A stretch of DNA of 64,000 bases from an uncultured archaeon (GCA_963782915.1 CAWALK010000020.1:224001-288000), one strand, 5' to 3'. Counted from the first letter of the stretch, positions 39,025 through 49,581 are shown. Program-made: numbers and translations. Notes: a model not told the origin generated them from the letters alone.

Positions 39025-40128
39025 CAGAACAAAGTTTATGAATAGCGCTGTAACCAGCTTTTGGGTATCAAGCATGACTAGCTACAGCGCCATCCCTAGA
39101 CGAAGGGATAAGCTAAAGGCTTACTTATATTTACAGAACAATCGGCAGCTTCCTTAATCTCAAACACGCCCGAAATAGCCAAGAAACCACCAAAACGCTC
39201 ATCCTAGGAGCAGGGACAACAGCTACATAGAAGGGTGCGCACAAAACCTCCAACTTGCGCAAACAGTCAGAAACCACGAAAACAACAAAACCCTCAACAA
39301 AGACCCAAATCAACCGGCAAACAATCTAGCAAATGAAACAAAAAGGCGCCCTAAACAAGCCACTGGTTGTAGCCATAGACTGGCATGATGAAATGTACGA
39401 CGGTGACCCTAAAGCAAAAGGCGTAGTGGGAACCCACACAAGAACGGCTAAACCATGCCTACAGATATGAACGATAAGTGTTGCTACCGGTCAGAGATTA
39501 ACCTTAGCAGCAGCAACAATGATTCATAGAAGCAAGCTGTGGCATGTCAAGTATCTCCTAGACGTGTCTCTGAGTTGGGCTTAACAGTTAAGCTGGTGCT
39601 GTTGGATCGAGGCTACTTCTCCACTCAAGTGATAAACTATCTAGATGACGCCAAAATAAAGTACATAATGCATATTCCTTGGCATAAGGAGCCCTTAAGA
39701 GCCGGATTGGATGTATTTTATACAACGACTACGCATAAGAAGTCGGTTTTGGATCAGGCGACTTTTAGGCTTGTAACTGTGCGTCAAAACAAGAAGCTGC
39801 TTATTTTTGCTACCAACACCATGTTTAAGCCCAAGGTGCTTAAGAAGACGTTTAGGCGGCGTTGGGGGATTGAGACTTCTTATCGTATGATTGGGTTGTT
39901 TTTGGCTAAGACTACCTCTAAGCTCTATAGGTTGAGGCAGCTGTATTTCTTTTTGGCGGTTGTACTCTATAATTTGTGGGTTTTGTGGAATTTCAGGCGT
40001 AGAAGGCGTGTTAGGACGTATGCTCTTAAGAATGCTGTTAGGTTGTGTTTAGTCTTGTCTTGGCTGCCTGATTTGGAGGCTTACGGTTGATTTTTAGAGG
40101 AGGTGAAACACGATTTTTTGATCTACTG
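39025..40128 (+). mobile_element. ISH3-like (IS4 superfamily) insertion sequence, degraded
   Basis: CAG...CTG ends, ATAA duplicated at 39021-24 and 40129-32, internal DDE transposase fragments. Confidence 0.8.
39330..40090 (+). pseudogene. ISH3-family DDE transposase, frameshifted
   Basis: VVAIDWHDEMYDG, VLLDRGYFS, FRRRWGIETSYR, LYNLW. Confidence 0.85.
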
Positions 40129-40461
40129 ATAAGGGAGGGGGAGGTACCTCTGAGGTAGGTAGGCTCGTAAACGCACACAACAAACCCAAAGAAACCTCAA
40201 CAAGCAACCCAAAAGCACCATTTGCCACAGGACAAGTGCCTGCCTGCTCAACATTCAGTCTCCACCAGTCGTCAACACCCCAAAACAAGGCGGTAAATGC
40301 CCGAAAACACTAAGCACCCCAGCGCCAAATACCGCTATTATCGCTAGTTTTACCATCAAATAGCAATCTGTCCTTCAGGCATTTTCTAACCCTTTATGTG
40401 CGATACGTTTTATAACATCTTCAGGAAGATGGGTAGTTAAATCGGAGGGGGAAACCAACAA

Positions 40462-40896
40462 ATGAGTGCAAGATGGAAACGAACTTTAAAGAATAAAAAA
40501 TGGTTAGACCTAAACGAGTTATCAACGTCTAAATCCAGAAAATCCAGGGCTTCCCAGAAAGCAAAGGTTCCTGCACCGAGTTTTCGCCCGTCCAGCGGCC
40601 ACGCGAAGCGTCAAGATCTTAAACCATTAATCGACATTTTCCAGGATAGTAACAACATCACAATCTTCGCAGAAATCGCAGGCTTTAATAAGGAAACCTT
40701 TAAGATTAATGTAAAAGACCAGAAAATCACGCTGTCAGCCAAATCAAAAGAGCGCAGATACTATAAAAGTTTAAATTTACCGAAGGTAGTCATTCCAGAC
40801 GAAACGCACACGAAATACAAGAACGGCGTGCTAGAAATCAAACTTAAAAAAGCTGAATCAACAGCAATAGGAAAAGCAGATCAACATGCCCCATAA
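40462..40896 (+). CDS. Hsp20/alpha-crystallin family protein
   Basis: PLIDIF...AEIAG...YYKSLNLP...YKNGVLEIKLKK. Confidence 0.88.
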   Translation: MSARWKRTLKNKKWLDLNELSTSKSRKSRASQKAKVPAPSFRPSSGHAKRQDLKPLIDIFQDSNNITIFAEIAGFNKETFKINVKDQKITLSAKSKERRYYKSLNLPKVVIPDETHTKYKNGVLEIKLKKAESTAIGKADQHAP

Positions 40897-41302
40897 ACTA
40901 AGAAAAATCAGGAAATTCCGAGGCTCAAGAACAGTCGGTTACGGAAGAATAGGACAACACCGCGACAGTGGCAGTAAAGGCAACCGCAAAGTAGGACGCC
41001 ATAAACACCTCTGGAGCAAAGTCGTAACTAGCGAACCTAACTACTTCGGAAAACACGGATTCGTTTCTCCACAGAGCAAACACAGAATCGAAAACACCAT
41101 CAACCTAGTCAAACTCGACCAACTCGCTTCCGGCAAAGAAATCAACTTAACGGAACTAGGCTACACCAAACTTCTCGGCACAGGCAAAATAACCAAAGCA
41201 CTGACAATCACCGTTCCGGTCGCCTCCAAATCCGCCATGGCAAAAGTCCAAGAAGCAGGCGGAAAACTCATAACCACCGCAGCCTCCACCGTCGAGGAGT
41301 AA
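40886..41302 (+). CDS. rpl15: 50S ribosomal protein L15
   Basis: RKFRGSRTVGYGRIGQHR...YFGKHGF...KLLGTG...AGGK. Confidence 0.96.
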   Translation: MPHKLRKIRKFRGSRTVGYGRIGQHRDSGSKGNRKVGRHKHLWSKVVTSEPNYFGKHGFVSPQSKHRIENTINLVKLDQLASGKEINLTELGYTKLLGTGKITKALTITVPVASKSAMAKVQEAGGKLITTAASTVEE

Positions 41303-41311
41303 CTAAGCTAA

Positions 41312-42742
41312 ATGGCCGGAAGATTCCTCAGCCTTTTCAAACCAATCGGTAGAATATTGCCCGAAATTAAGAAGCCTGAACGTAAAGTCAGCTTTAACGA
41401 GAAACTCTTCTGGACCGCACTTGTCCTAGTCGTTTTCTTGGTGATGACCGAAATCCCACTGTACGGTGTAAGTGCAGGTGCACAGGATAACTTTGGGTCC
41501 CTTCGTGTCATCTTTGCTTCAAACCAAGGAACATTAATGGAACTCGGCATTGGTCCAATCGTCACCGCCGGTTTAATTCTACAGTTACTCGCAGGATCAA
41601 ACATCATAAAATGCGATTTATCAAACCCTGAAGACAGAGGACTTTTTACCTCTGCAAGCAAAGTCTTCAGCATCCTCCTAACAGCCGTCCAAGCAGGCGC
41701 ATACATCCTCAGCGGCATGTACGGCACCTTACCTGAACTCGGCATAGGCGTAATACTGGCAATATTCATACAACTCATCTCAGCAGGCATAATCGTCATG
41801 TTAATGGATGAACTTGTCCAGAAAGGCTGGGGTCTAGGCAGCGGCATCAGCCTCTTCATCATGGCAGGTGTGGCCCAAAACATCCTCTGGTCAATGTTCT
41901 CACCACCAACAGGCCTATTCGTCAACCAACTATCCGCTCTCCTAAACGGACAAATCACAGCAGCACAATGGGTATTCGGCACACAATCCGGCCTCCCATC
42001 ACTAGTAGGCTTCATCGCTACCATAGCAGTATTCCTAATAGTCATCTACCTACAAGGTGTCAGAATCGAACTCCCAATGAGTTACGCAGGCTACAAAGGC
42101 TTCCGCAGCAGATACCCAATCAAACTACTCTACGTCAGCAACCTACCCGTCATCTTCGCAAGTGCACTATTCGCTAACGTGTACTTCTTCACCCAACTAC
42201 TCTGGAGCCAATTTGGACAACCACCGCCAGGCACAAGCTGGTTCTTCCAAATAGTAGGCGACTACAACGTTACAGTATCCGCAGAAGGAGCCCGAAGCGT
42301 TTCACCAGTAGGCGGATTAGCATACTACGTCACAGCACCCCGCAACATACAAACCGTCGCACTAGACCCACTGCATGCAGCCGTATACCTTGGCATAGTC
42401 ATAGCCTTCTGTGCCGTCTTCTCGCTAATTTGGCTTGAAGTCGGTGGCTTAGGACCAAACAAAGTCGCCAAACAACTAATGGACAGCGGCATGCAAATCC
42501 CAGGCTACAGACGCAGCGAACGCCCCATCGAAGCCATCCTCAAACGCTACATACCTGTAGTCACAGTACTGGGTGGCATAATCGTTGGGTTAGTGGCTGG
42601 TATGTCCGACTTCTTCGGAGCCTTCGGAACAGGTACAGGTATCCTGCTATCAGTAGGCATCATCTACCAGTACTATGAGTTGCTGATGCGTGAACGCGCG
42701 GCAGAAATGTTCCCAGCGTTTAGACGAATACTGGGCGAATAA
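41312..42742 (+). CDS. secY: Preprotein translocase SecY
   Basis: GTLMELGIGPIVTAG, YPIKLLYVSNLP, IPGYRR, GTGILL. Confidence 0.98.
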   Translation: MAGRFLSLFKPIGRILPEIKKPERKVSFNEKLFWTALVLVVFLVMTEIPLYGVSAGAQDNFGSLRVIFASNQGTLMELGIGPIVTAGLILQLLAGSNIIKCDLSNPEDRGLFTSASKVFSILLTAVQAGAYILSGMYGTLPELGIGVILAIFIQLISAGIIVMLMDELVQKGWGLGSGISLFIMAGVAQNILWSMFSPPTGLFVNQLSALLNGQITAAQWVFGTQSGLPSLVGFIATIAVFLIVIYLQGVRIELPMSYAGYKGFRSRYPIKLLYVSNLPVIFASALFANVYFFTQLLWSQFGQPPPGTSWFFQIVGDYNVTVSAEGARSVSPVGGLAYYVTAPRNIQTVALDPLHAAVYLGIVIAFCAVFSLIWLEVGGLGPNKVAKQLMDSGMQIPGYRRSERPIEAILKRYIPVVTVLGGIIVGLVAGMSDFFGAFGTGTGILLSVGIIYQYYELLMRERAAEMFPAFRRILGE

Positions 42743-42897
42743 GCGTAAACGGCTTTTAGCCGCTTAACTCTTTTTTCATTTTTTTATTCAACCAAAATAC
42801 ACACTACTGCTTTTGCTAAAAACCAAAAATTTTGTGGATGAGTTAATAAACCTCCAAAGTGTGCTTCCCTACAAAAAATAATTGGGACGCTGATACA

Positions 42898-43437
42898 TTG
42901 AACGTTCTCTTGATTTACGGAACAAGATGGGGCGGGACAGAAAAAGTAGCCCAAACAATCGCCAAAGCCATAGAACAAGAAGGAAACTCCGTCGATGTTT
43001 TCGACGCAAAAAAGAGCCCAGAAAACATTGACTCCTATGACTTAGTTATTGTCGGAAGCGGCCTTAGAGCTGACAAATGGACCAAAGAATCCGTAGAGTT
43101 TATAGAAAAAAACGCTGACACTCTAAAAACAAAGAAAACCGCTTTGTTTGTCAGTTGCTCGATGGCTGACCGTAAAGATGCAGGCTATGATGTAGGCAAA
43201 AAGCGTTATCTCGACGACTTCTCCGCACAGCATAACCTATCACCAATAGCCTTAGGTTACTTTGGCGGTTTAATGGACTTCAGTTACAGCCATGGCTTGT
43301 TAGTCGATATCATAGTTAGAGTCAACCGCAGAAACCTCCGCAAAAACGGCTTAAACACCGCAAAAGTGCACGATACACGCGACTGGGCAGTGATTGAGGC
43401 GTGGGGGCACGAAGTCGCCAAACTGGCACTCAGCTAA
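42898..43437 (+). CDS. Flavodoxin-domain protein (HemG-like)
   Basis: LLIYGTRWGGTEKVA...YDLVIVGS...FGG...DTRDWAVIEAW. Confidence 0.85.
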   Translation: MNVLLIYGTRWGGTEKVAQTIAKAIEQEGNSVDVFDAKKSPENIDSYDLVIVGSGLRADKWTKESVEFIEKNADTLKTKKTALFVSCSMADRKDAGYDVGKKRYLDDFSAQHNLSPIALGYFGGLMDFSYSHGLLVDIIVRVNRRNLRKNGLNTAKVHDTRDWAVIEAWGHEVAKLALS

Positions 43438-43593
43438 CTTCCCCTGTCTTCTAATTTCAGCGTAAAATCCAACATGTCTTATTCATCTAAAAAAGCGATT
43501 TTTCGTTACTCCTTTTACTTCTAATCAAGTGAAAATAGTTATTAACAAGTAACATGTACGCATAGTTCAAAGAGCGGCAAGAGGAAAATCGTC

Positions 43594-44115
43594 GTGTCTG
43601 AAATATTGAGTGCAATCACTTCGTTGCCAACGGCAACATTGATTATTATGGGTATTGCAGCGGGAATTGCTTTCGCTAACTCTGGAGTTAACAGAGTTTT
43701 AATTAACTACTTTATCGGCTGGGAGCAATACCGAGTTATGCAAAAAGAAATGGCTGAATACCGCTCTGAAACCATGGCAGCAGCAAGAGCTAACGATAAG
43801 AAGCAAATGGAGAAACTTAAAAAGAAACAATCCCAAATCAACAACATGCAGCAGAAAATGTTCAAGCCCCAGATGCTTCAAATCGGAATATCATTCGTTT
43901 ACCTCATAGTATGGTTCCTGGTATTGATCCCCGTCTTCGGAAGCACTCCAATGGCCTATATCCCTGGAATCGGTACTATTGGAAACGCTGCTTTCACTGT
44001 AGGTGGAGCACCAGTCGTAAATGCCATCCCCGTCGTATACTGGTACCCAATCTGCTCGCTATTCTTCGGGTTACTCTCACAACGCGTCATCGGCATAATG
44101 CCCATAGAACAATAA
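43594..44115 (+). CDS. EMC3/TMCO1 (DUF106) membrane insertase-like protein
   Basis: TM, coiled coil (MQKEM...QQKMFKP), WY motif; canonical position after secY. Confidence 0.88.
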   Translation: MSEILSAITSLPTATLIIMGIAAGIAFANSGVNRVLINYFIGWEQYRVMQKEMAEYRSETMAAARANDKKQMEKLKKKQSQINNMQQKMFKPQMLQIGISFVYLIVWFLVLIPVFGSTPMAYIPGIGTIGNAAFTVGGAPVVNAIPVVYWYPICSLFFGLLSQRVIGIMPIEQ

Positions 44116-44141
44116 CAAATTAGAAGCGGAGAAACCCAAAA

Positions 44142-44753
44142 ATGGCCAACCCAAAAGACACCTGCCAACCCATCCCCAAAACAGTCATCTGCATTTCAGG
44201 TATGGCCGGAACAGGAAAAAGCACCCTAGCAAAAAAGTTGGCCCAAAAATACAACCTAAAATATTACTCCGGCGGCGACGCCCTAAAAGACCTTGCAAAA
44301 GACGAGGGCTATGACATCAATGCGCAAGGTTGGTGGGAAAGCCCCGTTGGACTAGATTTTCTGCAAAAAAGAGTTAACGACCCCAAATTCGACAAAGCCG
44401 TTGACAACAAACTCTTAGAATACGCAAATCAGGGCAATGTTCTATTGGATAGTTGGACTATGCCTTGGCTGCTTAAGGGTGGCTTCAAAATTTGGCTTGA
44501 AGCATCATTTGAGAAGAGAGCCGCAAGAGTTGCAGAAAGAGATAACCTGACCTACACTGAAGCTGTTAAAGTGCTAGGCGAAAAAGAAGGTCATACAAAG
44601 AGCATTTATAAAACACTCTATGGATTTTCGTTAGGCGACGATCTGGCTCCTTTCGATTTTGTGTTAGATACTGATAATTTGAATGCTCCTGAAGTTTTCG
44701 AGGTTCTATGCCGCGTTATGGATAACGTGGTTCTTTCCGCTTCAACTGTTTAA
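44142..44753 (+). CDS. cmk: Cytidylate kinase
   Basis: ISGMAGTGKST...KIWLEAS...RVAERD...YG. Confidence 0.9.
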   Translation: MANPKDTCQPIPKTVICISGMAGTGKSTLAKKLAQKYNLKYYSGGDALKDLAKDEGYDINAQGWWESPVGLDFLQKRVNDPKFDKAVDNKLLEYANQGNVLLDSWTMPWLLKGGFKIWLEASFEKRAARVAERDNLTYTEAVKVLGEKEGHTKSIYKTLYGFSLGDDLAPFDFVLDTDNLNAPEVFEVLCRVMDNVVLSASTV

Positions 44754-44857
44754 TTCAGTTTTGGAATAGAACAATCTTCTAGAAGAATGTTCCATAGCGC
44801 TTAAAACCAGAAGCAAACAATTAGCCCTTCTAAGATTCAAGAGAGAGGCGAAGGGGA

Positions 44858-45244
44858 ATGCATAGATTAATAAATTATTTGGCAATAGGGCTTTTTAGCA
44901 CTATAATCGCTCTATGCCTTCTTTTAGCATATCGCTATATAGACCCCCAATCCAGCGTCACTTTGATAATATGCAATTTATTATTCATAACCCTATTTTT
45001 CCAGCTCAACGGCAGCTTAACCCTGAAGAGTATTCTCTTAACCGCCTGTAACATCCTGGGGTTATTCTCGAACTATCTCTTCAAATACATCTCCGACGCT
45101 GGATATGCGCTATTTGGTTCAACATTCCACAATTTCTACGCTCTCATCTTTCCACTTTTAACTCTCATGTGGATTATTCCCTTTTGGTCCTTAAGCCTGA
45201 GCTTTCTACCTAAACTGCCAAACGTATCCGAAGAACCCTCGTGA
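44858..45244 (+). CDS. Hypothetical membrane protein
   Basis: Four hydrophobic segments; operonic with GT2. Confidence 0.65.
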   Translation: MHRLINYLAIGLFSTIIALCLLLAYRYIDPQSSVTLIICNLLFITLFFQLNGSLTLKSILLTACNILGLFSNYLFKYISDAGYALFGSTFHNFYALIFPLLTLMWIIPFWSLSLSFLPKLPNVSEEPS

Positions 45245-45248
45245 AAAT

Positions 45249-46532
45249 ATGCTAACTGAAATCCTAAACGTATTCTTTTTCTGTTCAGTGATCCTAATTA
45301 GCGCATACTTGGTACGCCACTATATCTTCACATTAACGGTTGTACGAAATGCCAAAAAACTTTCAGCCATCCATTACCCTCGGGTCAATACATACGAGCC
45401 TACAGTTTCCATTTTGATTCCTGCACATAACGAAGAACAAGTCATCGGCGCTTTGTTGCAAAAATTATCTGAACTCCAATACCCCAAAGGCAAACTTGAC
45501 GTTATAGCCATAGATGACGCGTCTAATGATAAAACGGGTTTGATCGCAGATGAGTACGCAAAAAAGTGTAAATTCATCAAAGTGTTGCATCGTGACTCTA
45601 AAGTGGGTGGGATTGGGAAGCCAGCTGCACTTAATGCTGCACTAAAACAAGCCACTGGCGAAATTGTTGTTTGTTTCGATGCAGACTATACACCCCATCC
45701 AGACCTTGTCCGTAAGATTATAGAAAAATTTGTTGACCCACAAGTTGGAGCCGTCCAAGGGAGACCTGTTGTGTTAAACGAACCGCAGAACCTAGTGACT
45801 CGTCTAATAGCGTTGGAGCGAATCGGTGGCTATAGAGTTGATCAGCAAGCACGTGATCTTTTGGGTTTGATTCCGCAATTAGGCGGTACCGTCGTGGGTT
45901 TTAGACGAAGCCTCGTAATGGATTTGGGCGGTTTTGATGAGGCAATGCTGACCGAGGACACAGACTTAACCTTCATGATTGCTCTTGGGGGCTACCAAAT
46001 TCGCTATGCGGGGGACGCTGAATGCTATGAGGAAGCGGTTGCCTCATGGAGGGCTTATTGGCGTCAAAGGCATCGATGGGCAAAGGGGCATATGCAGGTA
46101 TGCATAAAATATGCTTTAAAAGTTGTAAAAAGTGAGCATTTGACGTTTAGACAGAAACTTGATGGTTTGCTTCTGTTGCATGTCTATTTTATGCCCCTAT
46201 TAACCATGTGTTCATTGTTAGTGGGTGCTTACCTGATTATTTCTGGCTCAATTGTAGCTCCTGCGTTATGGTTTGTTGTGCCTATTTCTATGTACTGTTT
46301 TGTGGGTAATTATGCACCCTTCTTTGAGGTTGGAATTGGCGCTTATTTGGATGGGCGGAAAGAGATTCAATGGTTAGCGCCCTTACTGATTTTTTCTTTT
46401 CTCTTTAGTATGCTGATTTGTGTTAAGGCATTTTTTAGTTTGGTCATAGACAAAATCCTTGGCCGAAAAAGCCCATGGGTACATACTATCCATTCGGGAA
46501 ACGGAAATTGTTATATTGCAAACCAATCCTAA
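45249..46532 (+). CDS. Processive GT2 glycosyltransferase (cellulose synthase/PgaC-like)
   Basis: PAHNEE, DDAS, GKPAALN, FDAD, TED, QRHRW, C-terminal TMs. Confidence 0.9.
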   Translation: MLTEILNVFFFCSVILISAYLVRHYIFTLTVVRNAKKLSAIHYPRVNTYEPTVSILIPAHNEEQVIGALLQKLSELQYPKGKLDVIAIDDASNDKTGLIADEYAKKCKFIKVLHRDSKVGGIGKPAALNAALKQATGEIVVCFDADYTPHPDLVRKIIEKFVDPQVGAVQGRPVVLNEPQNLVTRLIALERIGGYRVDQQARDLLGLIPQLGGTVVGFRRSLVMDLGGFDEAMLTEDTDLTFMIALGGYQIRYAGDAECYEEAVASWRAYWRQRHRWAKGHMQVCIKYALKVVKSEHLTFRQKLDGLLLLHVYFMPLLTMCSLLVGAYLIISGSIVAPALWFVVPISMYCFVGNYAPFFEVGIGAYLDGRKEIQWLAPLLIFSFLFSMLICVKAFFSLVIDKILGRKSPWVHTIHSGNGNCYIANQS

Positions 46533-46549
46533 ATGCTTGCTAGATATTA

Positions 46550-46798
46550 ATGGTGCAAATTGAGGTAGTAACTCAAATTCTGTTACCAACTTGTCTATTA
46601 GTTCTGCTTATGTTTCTGCCGTCAATTATCGAATTAAAAAAGCCCAGAGATGCAGGACCCCGACTTATACATACAAGCCTTAAAACGGGATTGGTCAACT
46701 CAAAAAACCCGTTAATGGATGTTGAGACAGGGTTAGTTAGTGGTCAATTAGCCTTAGGCTCTATTTTTCCGAGCTTTATCTGTAATATTGAGGCTTAA
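46550..46798 (+). CDS. Small membrane protein
   Basis: TM then PSIIELKKPRDAGPR. Confidence 0.55.
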   Translation: MVQIEVVTQILLPTCLLVLLMFLPSIIELKKPRDAGPRLIHTSLKTGLVNSKNPLMDVETGLVSGQLALGSIFPSFICNIEA

Positions 46799-46800
46799 AA

Positions 46801-47850
46801 TTATTTGAAGAGTAAATTTGCATTTCGCCATTGATCCCTAGCTAAAGATATGTAACTACTTGGACCTCCATAAAGCGAATAAGCCACATAACATAGGTAA
46901 TTGCATTGCGTACAATCATGGTATGACTTCCGAAGATCTTCTACCTCTTGGGTTTTCCATTTCTTCGGTAAATCAAAGATTGATCCCAAATGATTGTGGT
47001 TATGGCAACCTGATACTCTGCCCAAATGATCTACTACTAAGAAGTTTTTAAGTGCTTGGCATTTCCAGATTCTTTTTTCTTCATCATAGAGGCTTCGGAG
47101 TGCTTCGAGGAGTTTGGTGGTTATGAGCATTTGTTTGTTTTTCTTTCGCATTTCGATGAGTTGGTTGCAGAGGTTAACCATGGCTTTTTTGTCGGTTATG
47201 ATGAATTCGTCGTTTGGTTTGCCGATTCTGAAGAGTTGATTGGTGTCTACTGAGGTGTCATATGAGTAGAGGCAATACCACATGGGTATTCCTTTGCCTG
47301 TGAAATAGTTAGTCATATCCACGATTTCATGGAGGTTTTTCTGTGAAATGGTTGGTGTTACTGCTACTCTGATGCCTTCACTTCGAAGGGTTTCTACTGA
47401 CTCCATTGCTTTTTTCCATGCGCCAGGAACCGCTTTTATGGCATCATTTTTTGCTGCATCTAAGCTATCGATAGAAATCGCTGCAAAATCCACTTTTCGC
47501 AAGGCATCTACCTTTTTTGCTGCCATACTTCCGTTATCGTAAACTGTTAGTATGAAGCGGTCTGCGGCGTAGTCGATAATTTCGTCGATGTCTGGGCGTA
47601 GAAGTGGGTCTCCGCCTGAGATGGTTAATTCCATTATGCCGATGTCTTTTAGGATGTCGAGGCCTTTCTTTATTTCTTGGGCTGAGAGTTCTCTTTCGTC
47701 TTGTTCTTTCCAGACGTTGCAGCCTACACATCGGTAATTACATTTTCTAGTGACTAACCATTGTGCATGGTGGGGTTTGCCCGGTGATAGAGAACGTGTT
47801 GCTATGGATGCTGCTTTCTTCAAACCTGCCGCCAAATTGTCACTAGCCAA
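46801..47850 (-). CDS. Radical SAM protein with SPASM/Twitch-like C-terminus
   Basis: CNYRCVGC, SGGDPL, ISIDS, C...GRVSGC...CTQC..LC. Confidence 0.9.
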   Translation of the reverse strand: MASDNLAAGLKKAASIATRSLSPGKPHHAQWLVTRKCNYRCVGCNVWKEQDERELSAQEIKKGLDILKDIGIMELTISGGDPLLRPDIDEIIDYAADRFILTVYDNGSMAAKKVDALRKVDFAAISIDSLDAAKNDAIKAVPGAWKKAMESVETLRSEGIRVAVTPTISQKNLHEIVDMTNYFTGKGIPMWYCLYSYDTSVDTNQLFRIGKPNDEFIITDKKAMVNLCNQLIEMRKKNKQMLITTKLLEALRSLYDEEKRIWKCQALKNFLVVDHLGRVSGCHNHNHLGSIFDLPKKWKTQEVEDLRKSYHDCTQCNYLCYVAYSLYGGPSSYISLARDQWRNANLLFK

Positions 47851-48000
47851 TAATTTATAGTTACAATTAGTCGGGTTGGAACTATAAAAACAATTATCAG
47901 GTCCCCCTCTACTTTGGTGATGGCGGTTTTGTTTTATGGTGGCTTAACAAGTGATGTTTTTGTTGAATCGGTTTATTGTTAGGCTTTAATTTAAAAGTGA

Positions 48001-48687
48001 ATGATGCTACAATGTGTTGGAGCAGCAATGGCTATGGCGTACGGTCAAGACTACTTTGACGCAAGGAAATACTCGGATAAACAGCAAATCGTTGAGCGGC
48101 ATGTCAGGGAAGTTCTGCGGTGGGCAACAAAAAACATGGGCGAAAACCTCTTGTGCGGTCAGGGCAAATCTGCGTTGGACATTGGCTGTGCTTATGGTTA
48201 CACTTCGCAGATGCTTTCAAGTTTAGGCTATGAGACTGTCGGCGTTGACGTTTCCGCTTGGGGTACAAAACAGGCAAAAAGCATCCTTGGCAGCGAGTTT
48301 TTGGTTTGTGATGTCCGGACGCCCTTGCCATTTAACGCTGACAAATTCGATTTGGTAACATGTTTTGATGTACTGGAGCATCTACCCTACCCCGAGAAGG
48401 CTCTCTCTAACATGTTTGCTGTATGCAAAGGAGCTCTTGTCTGCACTACGCCTAACAAGAAGGTTGAAAAACCAATTCGCAAGTTAATGCGTGATTATGA
48501 TGAGACTCACATCAGCGTCAAAACGCCCGCTGATTGGCAAGAATGTGTTGCAAATAATTTGGCGGCTAAAGAGTTGAGGGTTGAGGCATTTCATGATTTC
48601 GCATTTAGATTCTCAGGTAAGCTGTATTTCAAATCTTTTAGCGCTCGCACTTACGGGTTAACTGTTCGGATAGCCGCCACAAAGTAG
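48001..48687 (+). CDS. Class I SAM-dependent methyltransferase
   Basis: LDIGCAYG, GVDVS, FDVLEHL, TTPN. Confidence 0.9.
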   Translation: MMLQCVGAAMAMAYGQDYFDARKYSDKQQIVERHVREVLRWATKNMGENLLCGQGKSALDIGCAYGYTSQMLSSLGYETVGVDVSAWGTKQAKSILGSEFLVCDVRTPLPFNADKFDLVTCFDVLEHLPYPEKALSNMFAVCKGALVCTTPNKKVEKPIRKLMRDYDETHISVKTPADWQECVANNLAAKELRVEAFHDFAFRFSGKLYFKSFSARTYGLTVRIAATK

Positions 48688-48764
48688 CCGCAGTTCACAG
48701 AGGTTGAATATTCCAAAACTGAATTCTTATGGTTTAGCTTTTTAAGCCAACGTTAACCATAAAG

Positions 48765-49544
48765 GTGTTGATTAATTTGAATGCGCCCCTGCAAATAGAC
48801 GTTGTAGTGCTGACAAAGAACAGCCAACACCTGCTTAGCAAATGCTTAACCTCAATCTACCAAAACGTGCCTATCAAAAATCTGATTATAATCGATGGAT
48901 TCTCCACGGACCGTACACTTGAGATTCTGGAGAAGTTCAACCGTAAATATAGCAATGTTTTGCTGTTTCAGATGGAGGGTTCAAGAGCTAAGGCACGCAC
49001 CGAGGGCATACGCAAAGTATCCACTGAGTGGTTTATGTTTGTGGATAGCGATGTGCTGCTTTGTCGCGACTGGTTCAAGAAAATTAGGGTAGATTTGGCT
49101 GAGGGAGTCGGCGCTGTTTGGGGCTTAAACGTCGATGTGCTGCCTAGCTTGACAAATAAATGGATTCTGCGTTTCCAGAGTATGGTCGCTAAACAGTGCT
49201 TCAAGTTACGCGGCGGAATGCATGACACCCTGATTCTGCACAAAGCGGTTGAGGGCATCAGGATTCCCGAGGAACTTCACACCTATGAAGATGCCTATAT
49301 TGTACGCTGGATAGAAGACCACGGCCACAAAGTATCAATCGCCAGTAACGTTTACTGTTTGCATTATAAGCCTCCTGAAAATTGGAACATCAAAAACGGC
49401 ATCCAACAAGGCATCGTGGATTTGCAGTGTGGCTTGGTGTATTCGCATGTATTTTCGTATGTGCTGTTTTATCCTGTGTTTTTCTTGTATTGGGGTGTGC
49501 AGTTGCCGCTTAACGGAGTAAAAAACGGTTTACACAAAGTTTAA
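48765..49544 (+). CDS. GT2 glycosyltransferase
   Basis: IDGFSTDRT, FVDSD, YED. Confidence 0.88.
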   Translation: MLINLNAPLQIDVVVLTKNSQHLLSKCLTSIYQNVPIKNLIIIDGFSTDRTLEILEKFNRKYSNVLLFQMEGSRAKARTEGIRKVSTEWFMFVDSDVLLCRDWFKKIRVDLAEGVGAVWGLNVDVLPSLTNKWILRFQSMVAKQCFKLRGGMHDTLILHKAVEGIRIPEELHTYEDAYIVRWIEDHGHKVSIASNVYCLHYKPPENWNIKNGIQQGIVDLQCGLVYSHVFSYVLFYPVFFLYWGVQLPLNGVKNGLHKV

Positions 49545-49581
49545 ACTTTGAAAGACCGCTACTGAGATAAGTGAATAATTT

